Virus record (IMG/VR): IMGVR_UViG_3300037067_011443
Strand: one strand, 5' to 3'
DNA from: an uncultured virus (IMG/VR IMGVR_UViG_3300037067_011443)
Taxonomy: Duplodnaviria > Heunggongvirae > Uroviricota > Caudoviricetes
DNA length: 59,238 nt
The stretch's first letter is position 1. Each line of letters starts with the position of its first letter. The translations under genes and the position numbers were made by a program. The notes beneath the pieces are model-generated. The model made no database searches. It saw nothing but the letters and a program-made list of their open reading frames with translations, and was not told the DNA's origin. This document shows positions 38,476-47,239 of the stretch, piece after piece.

Positions 38476-39057
38476 ATGAGTATAATTATGTGTAAAGAAA
38501 AGATTAAAGAAACAAAATTAAGACAGGCTGAATGGCTTAATAATCAAGTTGTAACCGAAATTTTATTAATAAGTATAAAATTATCAAATCCAATACATAA
38601 ATTTGCTAAAACTGATTTAAGCAAGGAAATAAACAGGTTAAAAGAGAATGTAAATCCAAAAATAATAAATCCAATTGTAGTAAAATATAATGAAAAAGAT
38701 AATAGATATCACCTTATAAGTGGATTAAAGGGATATCACTTAGTTAAAGCAATTCATCAAGAATATATTCCTGCTATAATAGTAGATTATGATAGATATG
38801 AATATTGCAAGCAAGTTGGAATTAATGATAAATTAAAATTTGGATGGCGTAATATAAGCAGTATTATAATTCCTACCAAGTTTATTAATAATGGTGTATG
38901 TGAATGGAAGATACAAAAATGTATTGATTATTATAATAAGTACGAAAAGATGGATAAACCAGTTATATTGAGAAATAGAGTATGTTTAGATGGTTATAGT
39001 AGACTAGTAGCTAGTCAGCATCTTGGACTAGATAGAGTATTTGTTCAATATATATAA
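38476..39057 (+). CDS. protein with tandem ParB/Srx-like domains
   Basis: PIVV...YHLISGLKGY and PVIL...LDGYSRLVA motifs. Confidence 0.6.
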   Translation: MSIIMCKEKIKETKLRQAEWLNNQVVTEILLISIKLSNPIHKFAKTDLSKEINRLKENVNPKIINPIVVKYNEKDNRYHLISGLKGYHLVKAIHQEYIPAIIVDYDRYEYCKQVGINDKLKFGWRNISSIIIPTKFINNGVCEWKIQKCIDYYNKYEKMDKPVILRNRVCLDGYSRLVASQHLGLDRVFVQYI

Positions 39058-39086
39058 ATATTTGTAAATTTATTTTAATAATTCAC

Positions 39087-39115
39087 TTGACATTTAATCT
39101 TAGATATTATATACT
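39087..39115 (+). promoter_or_regulatory. sigmaA promoter of the mazF-TPR-peptide unit
   Basis: TTGACA-17-TATACT; TTATTTTAATAA at 39070-39081 just upstream; TACAT at 39145 in the leader. Confidence 0.75.
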
Positions 39116-39193
39116 ACTAATATAGTAATTATATTTAAACTATATACATACTAAATTTTATATTAGTAAATTTATAATAAGGAGTTAAAGTTA

Positions 39194-39763
39194 ATGAATA
39201 TTTTCAAAGGAGAAATTTGGAAAGTTAATTTATCAGATAAAATAAAAGAAGGTGTAAATACACAACGACAATTAGGGGTTAGACCTTGTTATATAAGTTC
39301 TAATAACTTGTATAATAAATATAGCCCTACTGTACAGATAATACCGTTTACGTCACAAGAGAAAAAATTTAGTCCAGTACATGTATATATACCTATGTCA
39401 TGTGGATTAACAAAAGTATCAACAGCATTAGTAGAGAAAGAAACTGACATTGATAAAACTGATTTAATTGAAAAAATTGGCGAATGTTCTATAGAAATTC
39501 AAAAAGAAATTGAACGAGCAATACAAAAACAAAAAGGTATGGTTGAACCATTTGATATTTATAGAGTTAAAAAACTAACAAATGCTATTATTCAAGTTTA
39601 TAAAAATAAAGAGTTAGATACTAGTGGATTAATTAAATCAGCATTACTTGATGAATTTAAATGGTATTGCGGTTCTTATGGTTATGATTATAAGCTTATT
39701 TTTAATAAATACAAGAACAACTGTAAAATTGAAAATAATGTTAGAAAACTTATAGCAATTTAA
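39194..39763 (+). CDS. mazF: PemK/MazF-family endoribonuclease with ~70-aa C-terminal extension
   Basis: KGEIWKVNL...QLGVRP...NKYSPTV.IIPFTS...HVYI...GL..VSTALVE...IDK..LIEKIG; the catalytic Arg and Thr positions appear retained. Confidence 0.85.
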   Translation: MNIFKGEIWKVNLSDKIKEGVNTQRQLGVRPCYISSNNLYNKYSPTVQIIPFTSQEKKFSPVHVYIPMSCGLTKVSTALVEKETDIDKTDLIEKIGECSIEIQKEIERAIQKQKGMVEPFDIYRVKKLTNAIIQVYKNKELDTSGLIKSALLDEFKWYCGSYGYDYKLIFNKYKNNCKIENNVRKLIAI

Positions 39764-39791
39764 ATAATACTTTTGTGGGAGGTTTTTTATT

Positions 39792-40400
39792 ATGACTACT
39801 CAAGAGAAAAAAGAGTTTATTAATGACATTTATAATAATAAAAATTATATAAAGTGCCTACAGGAATGCTTAAAGTTAGTAAAAATAATAAATAAGAATG
39901 ATATCTTTAGCTATGATATTTTATTTTACTTATATTATCGTATAGCAATTGTATATTCGATGCTTGGTAAATATAAATTGTCTTTAAAATATATAAAAAA
40001 ATCAAGAATGTATGCAGGAAATAGTGAAGATATTATTTTAGTTGATTGGAATTATTCTTATTGTTATTATAAGATGAATGATATAAAAAATGCTATAGAA
40101 TATATAGAAAAAGCAATACATGAATGTTTAGTAATCGAATCAGAATATTTATTATACGGAGCATTAATTCATAAAGCTTTATTAACAAATGATGAATTAT
40201 TAATGTTAGAAAGTATTAATAATATACAAATATTTGAAGAAACTGATAAAAAAATGGATGAATATAATACTGATTTATTTATGTTATATTTAAATAGTAA
40301 TAATATAGTAATGGCAAAACGAGTATTAAATAATATAAATACAATTTCTATTAAGCAAGTTCTTATTGAAAAAATATATGAATGTATTGAAAATATATGA
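39792..40400 (+). CDS. short TPR-like helical protein (RRNPP-like receptor candidate)
   Basis: YYRIAIVYSMLGKYKLSLKYIKKS and YSYCYYKMNDIKNAIEYIEKA are TPR-type repeats. Confidence 0.7.
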   Translation: MTTQEKKEFINDIYNNKNYIKCLQECLKLVKIINKNDIFSYDILFYLYYRIAIVYSMLGKYKLSLKYIKKSRMYAGNSEDIILVDWNYSYCYYKMNDIKNAIEYIEKAIHECLVIESEYLLYGALIHKALLTNDELLMLESINNIQIFEETDKKMDEYNTDLFMLYLNSNNIVMAKRVLNNINTISIKQVLIEKIYECIENI

Positions 40401-40463
40401 AAATATTAGTTTTTATATATTAATGCATTTTAATATAAATATAATTTAAGGAGGTAATTGATA

Positions 40464-40553
40464 ATGATTAATATGGTTACTAATCTTGCGCCACCTGCAC
40501 CAGCTCTTGCACCCCCAAGTCCAAATGAAACAACAATATTAAAGAAAAAGTAA
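40464..40553 (+). CDS. 29-aa Pro-rich peptide MINMVTNLAPPAPALAPPSPNETTILKKK
   Basis: Strong AAGGAGGT RBS; internal LAPP(A/S)P repeat; locally GC-rich codons; followed by a strong hairpin. Not in the ORF track. Confidence 0.7.
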   Translation: MINMVTNLAPPAPALAPPSPNETTILKKK

Positions 40554-40566
40554 GATTATGTTTATA

Positions 40567-40588
40567 GGAAGGGGAAATACCCCCTTCC
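40567..40588 (+). terminator. GC-rich stem-loop after the peptide gene (terminator or stabiliser)
   Basis: GGAAGGGG-AAATAC-CCCCTTCC; weak U-tract. Confidence 0.6.
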
Positions 40589-40624
40589 ATATATTCTATT
40601 AAAAAATTTAAGGGATTATATAAT

Positions 40625-41356
40625 ATGAATAAATATACAGAGCAATATTTTTCAGATTTAAATATAGTACATTATTATGCTGACGCAACTAAAAATATAG
40701 GTATTTGGAATTCAGAAAAATATCTTATTGAGCAGTATATAACAAAAGATTCTAATATATTAGACGTTGGTTGTGGAACTGGTAGAGTAAGTTTTGGATT
40801 GTATGAAGAAGGCTATAAAAATGTATCAGGAATCGATTTATCAGAAGCAATGATAACACAAGCTATAAATATAAATAAATCTAAAGATTATAATATAAGT
40901 TTTAAATGTGAAAATGCAGAAAATTTAAGTTTTAAAGACAATAGTTTTGATATGGTTATTTTTAGTTTTAATGGATTTTGTACTATACCAAACAAAGATA
41001 CTAGGTATAAAGTTATGAAAGAAATAAATAGGATTTTAAAGCCTTCTGGAACGTTTATTTTTATGGCTGATGACCAAAGATTAAAGTCAAAATATAAATG
41101 GTATTGGAATATAGAATTATCTAAATGGGCAAAAGCAAAACAAGACAAACGGATTTATGATTTTGGAGATTTAATATTTCTTGATAATAATATTGAAGTG
41201 TTTTTTCATTTCTTTGGTAAAGAGGAACTTATAGAGTTATTAAATAAATGTGGTTTTAAATTAATAAAGAATATATCTTTAAAAAGGTTTAAAGAACGAA
41301 AAGAAGTGTTAGAGTATTGTCCTTATGGTAGGTTTTGGATTGCACAAAAAATATGA
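40625..41356 (+). CDS. class I SAM-dependent methyltransferase
   Basis: ILDVGCGTGR, GIDLSEAMI, AENLSFKDNSFD, RILKPSG. Confidence 0.9.
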   Translation: MNKYTEQYFSDLNIVHYYADATKNIGIWNSEKYLIEQYITKDSNILDVGCGTGRVSFGLYEEGYKNVSGIDLSEAMITQAININKSKDYNISFKCENAENLSFKDNSFDMVIFSFNGFCTIPNKDTRYKVMKEINRILKPSGTFIFMADDQRLKSKYKWYWNIELSKWAKAKQDKRIYDFGDLIFLDNNIEVFFHFFGKEELIELLNKCGFKLIKNISLKRFKERKEVLEYCPYGRFWIAQKI

Positions 41357-41530
41357 TTATAGTTAATATTAAAATTTGATTACAACAAGCATCAATATAA
41401 GATTTAAGTACTATATAATATAGTTATTAAGAATCATTTAATAATGAATTGTCGAATATATATAGTTATAGTCGATATGTTTAAATTGTATTGTTAACAA
41501 GTATCATGTATGATTAATTTATAGAAACTA

Positions 41531-41580
41531 TTGCAAATCTCAACGAATGGTAATATACTATTTTTAGAACACATGTTCTA
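41531..41580 (+). promoter_or_regulatory. sigmaA promoter with LexA/DinR (Cheo) SOS box
   Basis: TTGCAA (41531), 17 bp, TATACT (41554); TAGAAC-ACAT-GTTCTA at 41565-41580 matches GAAC-N4-GTTC over the +1 region. Confidence 0.8.
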
Positions 41581-41595
41581 TTTAGAGAGGAGAAA

Positions 41596-41919
41596 TTGTT
41601 TATGAAAACTACAAATGCAATGAAAGGGGAAAATAATTTTAAGGAGGGTACTGAAACGGATAATATTATTGTAATAATGGACAGTGTAAATAATTATGTT
41701 GATAAAGATTCTTTATTTATAGACAAAAAACTAAGAATAAGATATGTTTCATCCTCCACAATACTAAATGGATGTCATTATTTTACTAGCATTAAAATAG
41801 CTAATCAACATTTAGAGATACTACATAAGTTAAATAAAAAATATAAAACTAATTATTCTTTTAGAATAGAAAGTATAAATTATAATGATATAATTGAAAA
41901 AGAATTAATTTATACTTAA
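41596..41919 (+). CDS. hypothetical protein, predicted SOS-inducible
   Basis: GAGGAG RBS; directly downstream of the LexA box. Confidence 0.65.
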   Translation: MFMKTTNAMKGENNFKEGTETDNIIVIMDSVNNYVDKDSLFIDKKLRIRYVSSSTILNGCHYFTSIKIANQHLEILHKLNKKYKTNYSFRIESINYNDIIEKELIYT

Positions 41920-42019
41920 AAATATAAATTTCTGTTGACAATATGGTATGCAATTCATATAATATTACATATATAATAATTATATATTAAATAAGATTAT
42001 ATGAAGGTGAGGTATTACC

Positions 42020-43360
42020 ATGTTAAGAAACAGAATAGAATTAGAAAAAGAATTAAATGAGATAATAACTATAAATCAAGATTTAAGGGTAGCATCTAAT
42101 GCTATTAAAAATTTATTTATTGAAAAAGGTATATCTGTAGCAGAGTTTAATGATATTTGGACTAAACGAAAATCATTAAATGATATAGATATGCCTTCTT
42201 TATATGTGCTTACTAAATCATTATTTGAAATTACTCAAAATAAAAATATAAAATTAGAAGATTGGTTTACTGAGGTTGAAATTAGAGATGGAAATAATTA
42301 TGTTAGAGAAATATCTGAAGAAGAAAAAATTGAATATCCTATTGTTATTAAAAATGTTTTAAAAGGAAAAGAAGACCAATATATGGCATATATTCAAGGA
42401 AGCTTTATTAAATTGTTATTTTCTAGTGGTAAAATTCCATATAATTTTGATACACAGCGAAATCCAAAGATAAAAAAAGATGAATCCGATGAATTAATAA
42501 AAACAGCTAATATTAATCCTGAATCTGTTATGGAAATAGCCAAAGAAATGGATGATAAAACTTTTATTACAAATTGTATTACTTTAAATATTTTACAAGA
42601 TGGTACTGAGAAGTTTGAATATAATTCAAAAAGAGAATTGATTATATATTCTGGACAAATAAATCCTATTGATGGGTTTCATCGTATTCAAGCAATGTTA
42701 GTAGCATTAGCGGAAAATCCTTCTTTGGAGTATATTACTGAAGTTCGTTTCACTCATTGGGATGTACAAAAATGTAGAAATTTTATTTTTCAAGAAGATA
42801 AGAGAAATAAGATTGACAAACGATATATGAATAGTATTATTAATGTTAGTAAATGGGGTAATAAAGTTATTAGTTCATTAAACGAAAGTAATTCTGATAT
42901 TAAAGGAAAAATTGTTACAGATATAACTTATATTATAAAAAATAAAGCTTTAACAATGTTTGATATAATGTCAAATACTATTGATGAACTTTATGAAATA
43001 AAAACAAATAAAGATATGTTAGATTTATCAAAATGGTTAGGAACATTCTTTGACCAAATAATTGGTTCGTATCCTGATGAGTTTCTTAGTGAAATTGGAG
43101 AAACAAAATTAGTAAGTGTTATTAATATGCCATTAACATTTGTTGGATATTTAACATTATCTAAAGTTTTACAAAATGAAAGTAATTGGGAAGACAAATT
43201 AGGTGAAATGTTAGATAGATTAGATTTTAGTATAACTAATCCTCAATGGGATAAATTAGGTATTATTAAAAATAATAAAGCAATTTTGACATATTCAAAA
43301 CCAGCTATGACTAAAATAATCAATTTTTTTGAGAAAGAAGTAGGTATTATTAATGTATAA
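42020..43360 (+). CDS. DndB/DGQHR-domain protein, SPbeta YopQ-like
   Basis: YNFDTQR, ITLNI, IDGFHR and FIFQE motifs; size and position directly upstream of the MrpR-like gene. Confidence 0.75.
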   Translation: MLRNRIELEKELNEIITINQDLRVASNAIKNLFIEKGISVAEFNDIWTKRKSLNDIDMPSLYVLTKSLFEITQNKNIKLEDWFTEVEIRDGNNYVREISEEEKIEYPIVIKNVLKGKEDQYMAYIQGSFIKLLFSSGKIPYNFDTQRNPKIKKDESDELIKTANINPESVMEIAKEMDDKTFITNCITLNILQDGTEKFEYNSKRELIIYSGQINPIDGFHRIQAMLVALAENPSLEYITEVRFTHWDVQKCRNFIFQEDKRNKIDKRYMNSIINVSKWGNKVISSLNESNSDIKGKIVTDITYIIKNKALTMFDIMSNTIDELYEIKTNKDMLDLSKWLGTFFDQIIGSYPDEFLSEIGETKLVSVINMPLTFVGYLTLSKVLQNESNWEDKLGEMLDRLDFSITNPQWDKLGIIKNNKAILTYSKPAMTKIINFFEKEVGIINV

Positions 43361-44369
43361 TGAGGAATTAAAAAAGAGATATTTATCATCGTCAATATAT
43401 GATAGTAAAACTCAAAAAACTTATCTTTCTGATTTAAATCGTATTGGTGAATCTGAAGATTATTTTAAAAAGGATTTATTTAATTTCACATATGAACAAA
43501 TTGATGAAGCTTTAAAAGGTATTCAATTTAAAAAACAATCTTCAGTGGAACGAGCAGTTTCTACTTATAGAATGTATTCTAATTGGGCAAACCAAAATGG
43601 ATTTGTTCCTTCAAAAACTAATCTATGGGAACTATATACTATGGAAAAATTATCACAGTATGTTTGGGAGTATGCTTTAGATAATAGTTTTATAACTAGG
43701 GAACAATTATTTAATGATATTATTTCTAAAGTTGAAAATCCTTTAGATTATATTCCTACACTATTAACTTTTGAAGGTATTTATGGTAGGACTATGGACG
43801 AAATGATAAATTTAAAATACAAAGATATTAATTTTAAGACGGGTGTTGTAAAATTAACTAGTAACTCAGGAGAGCAAAGAAGTATTATTTTAAAAGATAA
43901 AAGAATACTAAATCTTATACAAGATGCAGAAATGGAGACCACTTATTATGCAGATAATGGTAGGTCTGAAGGATTTAATGCTAAATCAAGTATTATTATG
44001 ACACCTTTCGTAATTAGAAAAACTACTTTAAAAAGTATTATAAAATATGCCAGTAATGATGGTTTGTTTTATGGAAATGAAAAAGTTGGAGTAATGACAA
44101 TTGAAGCTAGATTTGCAAGAATATTTCGAGGATATAGACATCCAAATCCCAATAAATGCAAAGCACCTTTTGTTGAAGGATTTTCTTTCTTAAATGCAAC
44201 TAATATATTTAAATCTGGATATTTTGATTATTGTTTAAATATAGAGAAAGAAAAAGGAGAATTAGAATTTAAAGATTTTGAATTAGCTTGTGTAAGATAT
44301 GGTATTAGACCTGTCTTAGCATCAACATATAAAAAGCAATATTTAAATTGGAGAAATAGGTTAAAGTAA
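43353..44369 (+). CDS. MrpR/YopR-like lytic-cycle repressor (tyrosine-recombinase fold, probably catalytically inactive)
   Basis: MYNEELKKRYL...E.YF.KDLF.F; FEGIYG...EMINLKYKDI lacks the first catalytic Arg; NIFKSG replaces HxxR; overlaps the YopQ-like gene. Confidence 0.75.
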   Translation: MYNEELKKRYLSSSIYDSKTQKTYLSDLNRIGESEDYFKKDLFNFTYEQIDEALKGIQFKKQSSVERAVSTYRMYSNWANQNGFVPSKTNLWELYTMEKLSQYVWEYALDNSFITREQLFNDIISKVENPLDYIPTLLTFEGIYGRTMDEMINLKYKDINFKTGVVKLTSNSGEQRSIILKDKRILNLIQDAEMETTYYADNGRSEGFNAKSSIIMTPFVIRKTTLKSIIKYASNDGLFYGNEKVGVMTIEARFARIFRGYRHPNPNKCKAPFVEGFSFLNATNIFKSGYFDYCLNIEKEKGELEFKDFELACVRYGIRPVLASTYKKQYLNWRNRLK

Positions 44370-44827
44370 ATTGAGGTGAATAATTTTGGAAATAAATAAT
44401 GAAATAGATTTAATAAAACATCTTGATAATCAAAGAAATTTTATTCTTTTTTATTTTAAAGAGACAATGACATTAGGTTATCAAAGAAACGAGAATAAAA
44501 AATTAGCTAATACTTTGGAATGTATAGAAAATTTATTGTTTAAGTTAACATTCTCAAATCTCAAACGCTTACTTTCAGAGTCTAGTAATAGAAGACTGAA
44601 AGAAATAGTTAGTGGAGAACAATTATTAATAGATATTATTAATTTGCCATTTGATTATAGATTGATTATTGATATGGAAAACATTGATGATATAGATACT
44701 TCTAACGCACTAGTATTCAAAGCTGTAAATAAAAAGTATTGTATGTTCAAACATAAGAATTATTGTAATAAGCAAGGTTTAGAATATGTGCGTGGGAAAT
44801 GGCAAAATATATGAAAGGGGTAAGATT

Positions 44828-45247
44828 ATGAATTTTGGTGAAAAATTAGAAATGTTAAGAATTAAATCAGGATTAAATAAAAAACAACTTGGAGAAAAAG
44901 TTGAAGTAGCTGCTGATACGATAAGTAAATATATAAAAAAAGAAACTGTAGAAGGAATTGATGCAATAGTTATAAAGAGAATTGCTGGTTTTTTTGGAGT
45001 TTATGTTGATTATCTGACAAATAATACTGAAAGTTTACTTATTGATATTCAAAAAGATGATTTAAATTATTTACACTGTGAAGAAAAAAACGATATAGAT
45101 TTAGTTAATTTTGTTAGTGAATTTAAGTATTATATAGAAACTTTAAATTTTGTTTATAACTCATCAAAACTAGAAACAGAAAAGAAGAAATATATAATAG
45201 ATTCATTAGGAATTGGATTAAAACTATTAGAAGAAAATTCTAAATAA
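44828..45247 (+). CDS. XRE-family transcriptional regulator
   Basis: FGEKLEMLR...LGEKVEVAADTISKY...IAGFFGVYVDYL. Confidence 0.85.
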   Translation: MNFGEKLEMLRIKSGLNKKQLGEKVEVAADTISKYIKKETVEGIDAIVIKRIAGFFGVYVDYLTNNTESLLIDIQKDDLNYLHCEEKNDIDLVNFVSEFKYYIETLNFVYNSSKLETEKKKYIIDSLGIGLKLLEENSK

Positions 45248-45265
45248 TAAAAGAGGATTATTATC

Positions 45266-45649
45266 ATGGGTAGAAAATCAAAGGAATATAGTAAAGAAGA
45301 ACTTATAAATAATTTAAAAATTAAATATGAAGAATTGGGTAAAAGACCAATTATGGCTGATATGTCTAATCCTTTTCCCTCGGCATATTTAAGAGTTTTT
45401 AAAACTTGGCGTAATGCATTAAAAGAAGCCGGATTAGATAAAGCTACAATAAATAAAAAGACAATTCTTGAAAATATATTAACAGGTGAAAAATCAAGGC
45501 TCAGATATAATAAGTGTATATGTTGTGGACAACCTTCAAATGGATTAATTATGAAAGGTAATCAAGTTAGAAGTGCATTTTGTAAAAATTGTTATATAGG
45601 AAAACTAATTGAATTACCTAAAGGTCAACGGTTTGAATATTTTAGATAG
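45266..45649 (+). CDS. homing-endonuclease-associated repeat plus zinc ribbon
   Basis: YSKEELI...ELGKRP...YLRVFKTWRNALKEAGL; CICCG...CKNC. Confidence 0.65.
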   Translation: MGRKSKEYSKEELINNLKIKYEELGKRPIMADMSNPFPSAYLRVFKTWRNALKEAGLDKATINKKTILENILTGEKSRLRYNKCICCGQPSNGLIMKGNQVRSAFCKNCYIGKLIELPKGQRFEYFR

Positions 45650-46687
45650 ATAACTTATAAGGGCTTTATAGCCCTTCCTATATAATTAAATAAAATAGTA
45701 AATAAAGGGGATGACAAAATTGAGAAGTAAAGAGTTTAAGTTTACAAAAATAAAAAAAAGAAAGATATATGAAACATGGATTAATAAAGATTATAAATCT
45801 AAAATTGTCATATATATTCTTAAAACGCCAAAGAATTATATAAATAGTGAGTATTATCACTTCCAAATCTCAAGTACTAAGAGTTTAAAATATGATATAA
45901 GATATGATTCCATATATGATTTACAAATATTTAATACATATAATGAAGTAGAGAATGCAGTAAAGAATTGGTGGCATAAGAATTTAAAAGGCTAATATAG
46001 TCTTCTTTTTATATTTTATTGTTATTAAAATAAATTTACGTAATATATATTGACATGTAAAAGTGTATGTGATATTATGTATTTGTAAGATAAAGGTAGA
46101 TACATAAAAAGTGCAGCAAATTGGAATTTTATAATAAGTGGAGGAAGATAAATGAAAGAGTTAATTGTTAAGGGTAAAGCAAGTCAATTAAATGGATTTG
46201 ATTGGGAGTTTGTAACAAGCGAAAAAAATTACTCATCAGATATATTAGTTGGAATTGATGAATTACTTGTTAGTAACAATATAGTAGTTATTGATAATAA
46301 TGAAGAAATTGAAGTTGTCATTAGATTTAAAAACAGATTATAAATTCTGTGTTTTGAGTAAAGTTAAGGAGGGTTGTAATTATGAAACAAATGCCTAAAG
46401 GTATTAAAGACAAACTTAGAAGGTTATATAATCTAAAAGAAAAAGCTCAAGATTTAGAATTTATTTTAAGCGCTGATTTTCAGAAATATGGAATAGATAT
46501 TAATGATTTATCAGCTATGGGTAAGGGAGATGTGCAGACAGAAGCATATACTTTTATAACTTATGCTGAAGGTGATGTTGAAGAAAGTATTAATATGATT
46601 GAAAAAGTGTTTTTACATTATGCAAATAATAAAGAAATAACTGAATGAAATTAACCTTTCATAATAAATTTAGAGGAGGATACATAA

Positions 46688-47239
46688 ATGAAAACAAAAG
46701 ATATTCCACAATTAATTACTGATGGAAATTGGGAATGTGATTTTACATTAAAAGATTTAGTTAATAGAATAGAAGAGATGCAAGTCGATAATAAAAGGTA
46801 TAAAAAAACATTAGAAATGAATCCAGATTTTCAGAGAGGACACGTTTGGACTGAAGAACAACAAACATCTTTTATTGAAAGTTTGTTACAAGGTGGAGCT
46901 AAAAATGCTAGAGTTATTTATTTAAATTGTCCTGACTGGAATAATGAAAGTAATTTATATTATCATGATTTTGTTTGTGTAGATGGGTTACAAAGATATA
47001 CTGCGATAAAAAGATTTATAAATTATGAAATTAAAGCATTTGGATTATATTTAAATGAATATGAGGATGAAGAAATATTCCATGGAAAGAGTTTTTATAT
47101 GAGATTAAATATTAATCATCTACAAACTAGAGCTGAAGTGTTAAAATGGTATTTACAGGTAAACGATGGAGGTACACCTCATACTAAAGAAGAAGTTAAT
47201 AAAGTAAAAAAATTATTGGAGGAAGAAAAATGCAAGTAG
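46688..47239 (+). CDS. stand-alone DUF262 domain protein
   Basis: MNPDFQRGHVWT, VDGLQRYTAI, VNDGGT. Confidence 0.85.
   Translation: MKTKDIPQLITDGNWECDFTLKDLVNRIEEMQVDNKRYKKTLEMNPDFQRGHVWTEEQQTSFIESLLQGGAKNARVIYLNCPDWNNESNLYYHDFVCVDGLQRYTAIKRFINYEIKAFGLYLNEYEDEEIFHGKSFYMRLNINHLQTRAEVLKWYLQVNDGGTPHTKEEVNKVKKLLEEEKCK

Noticed and set aside
39792..40553. Canonical arbitrium aimR-aimP
   Set aside because: The TPR protein is about half the size of AimR with no clear HTH, and the peptide lacks a hydrophobic signal sequence. Kept only as an analogous system.
42020..43360. Dnd phosphorothioation system
   Set aside because: Only a DndB-like domain is present; there is no dndACDE, and the context is the phage repressor operon.
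43353..44369. Active prophage integrase or cassette recombinase
   Set aside because: The catalytic Arg and HxxR motifs are not recognisable; it fits an MrpR-like repressor better.
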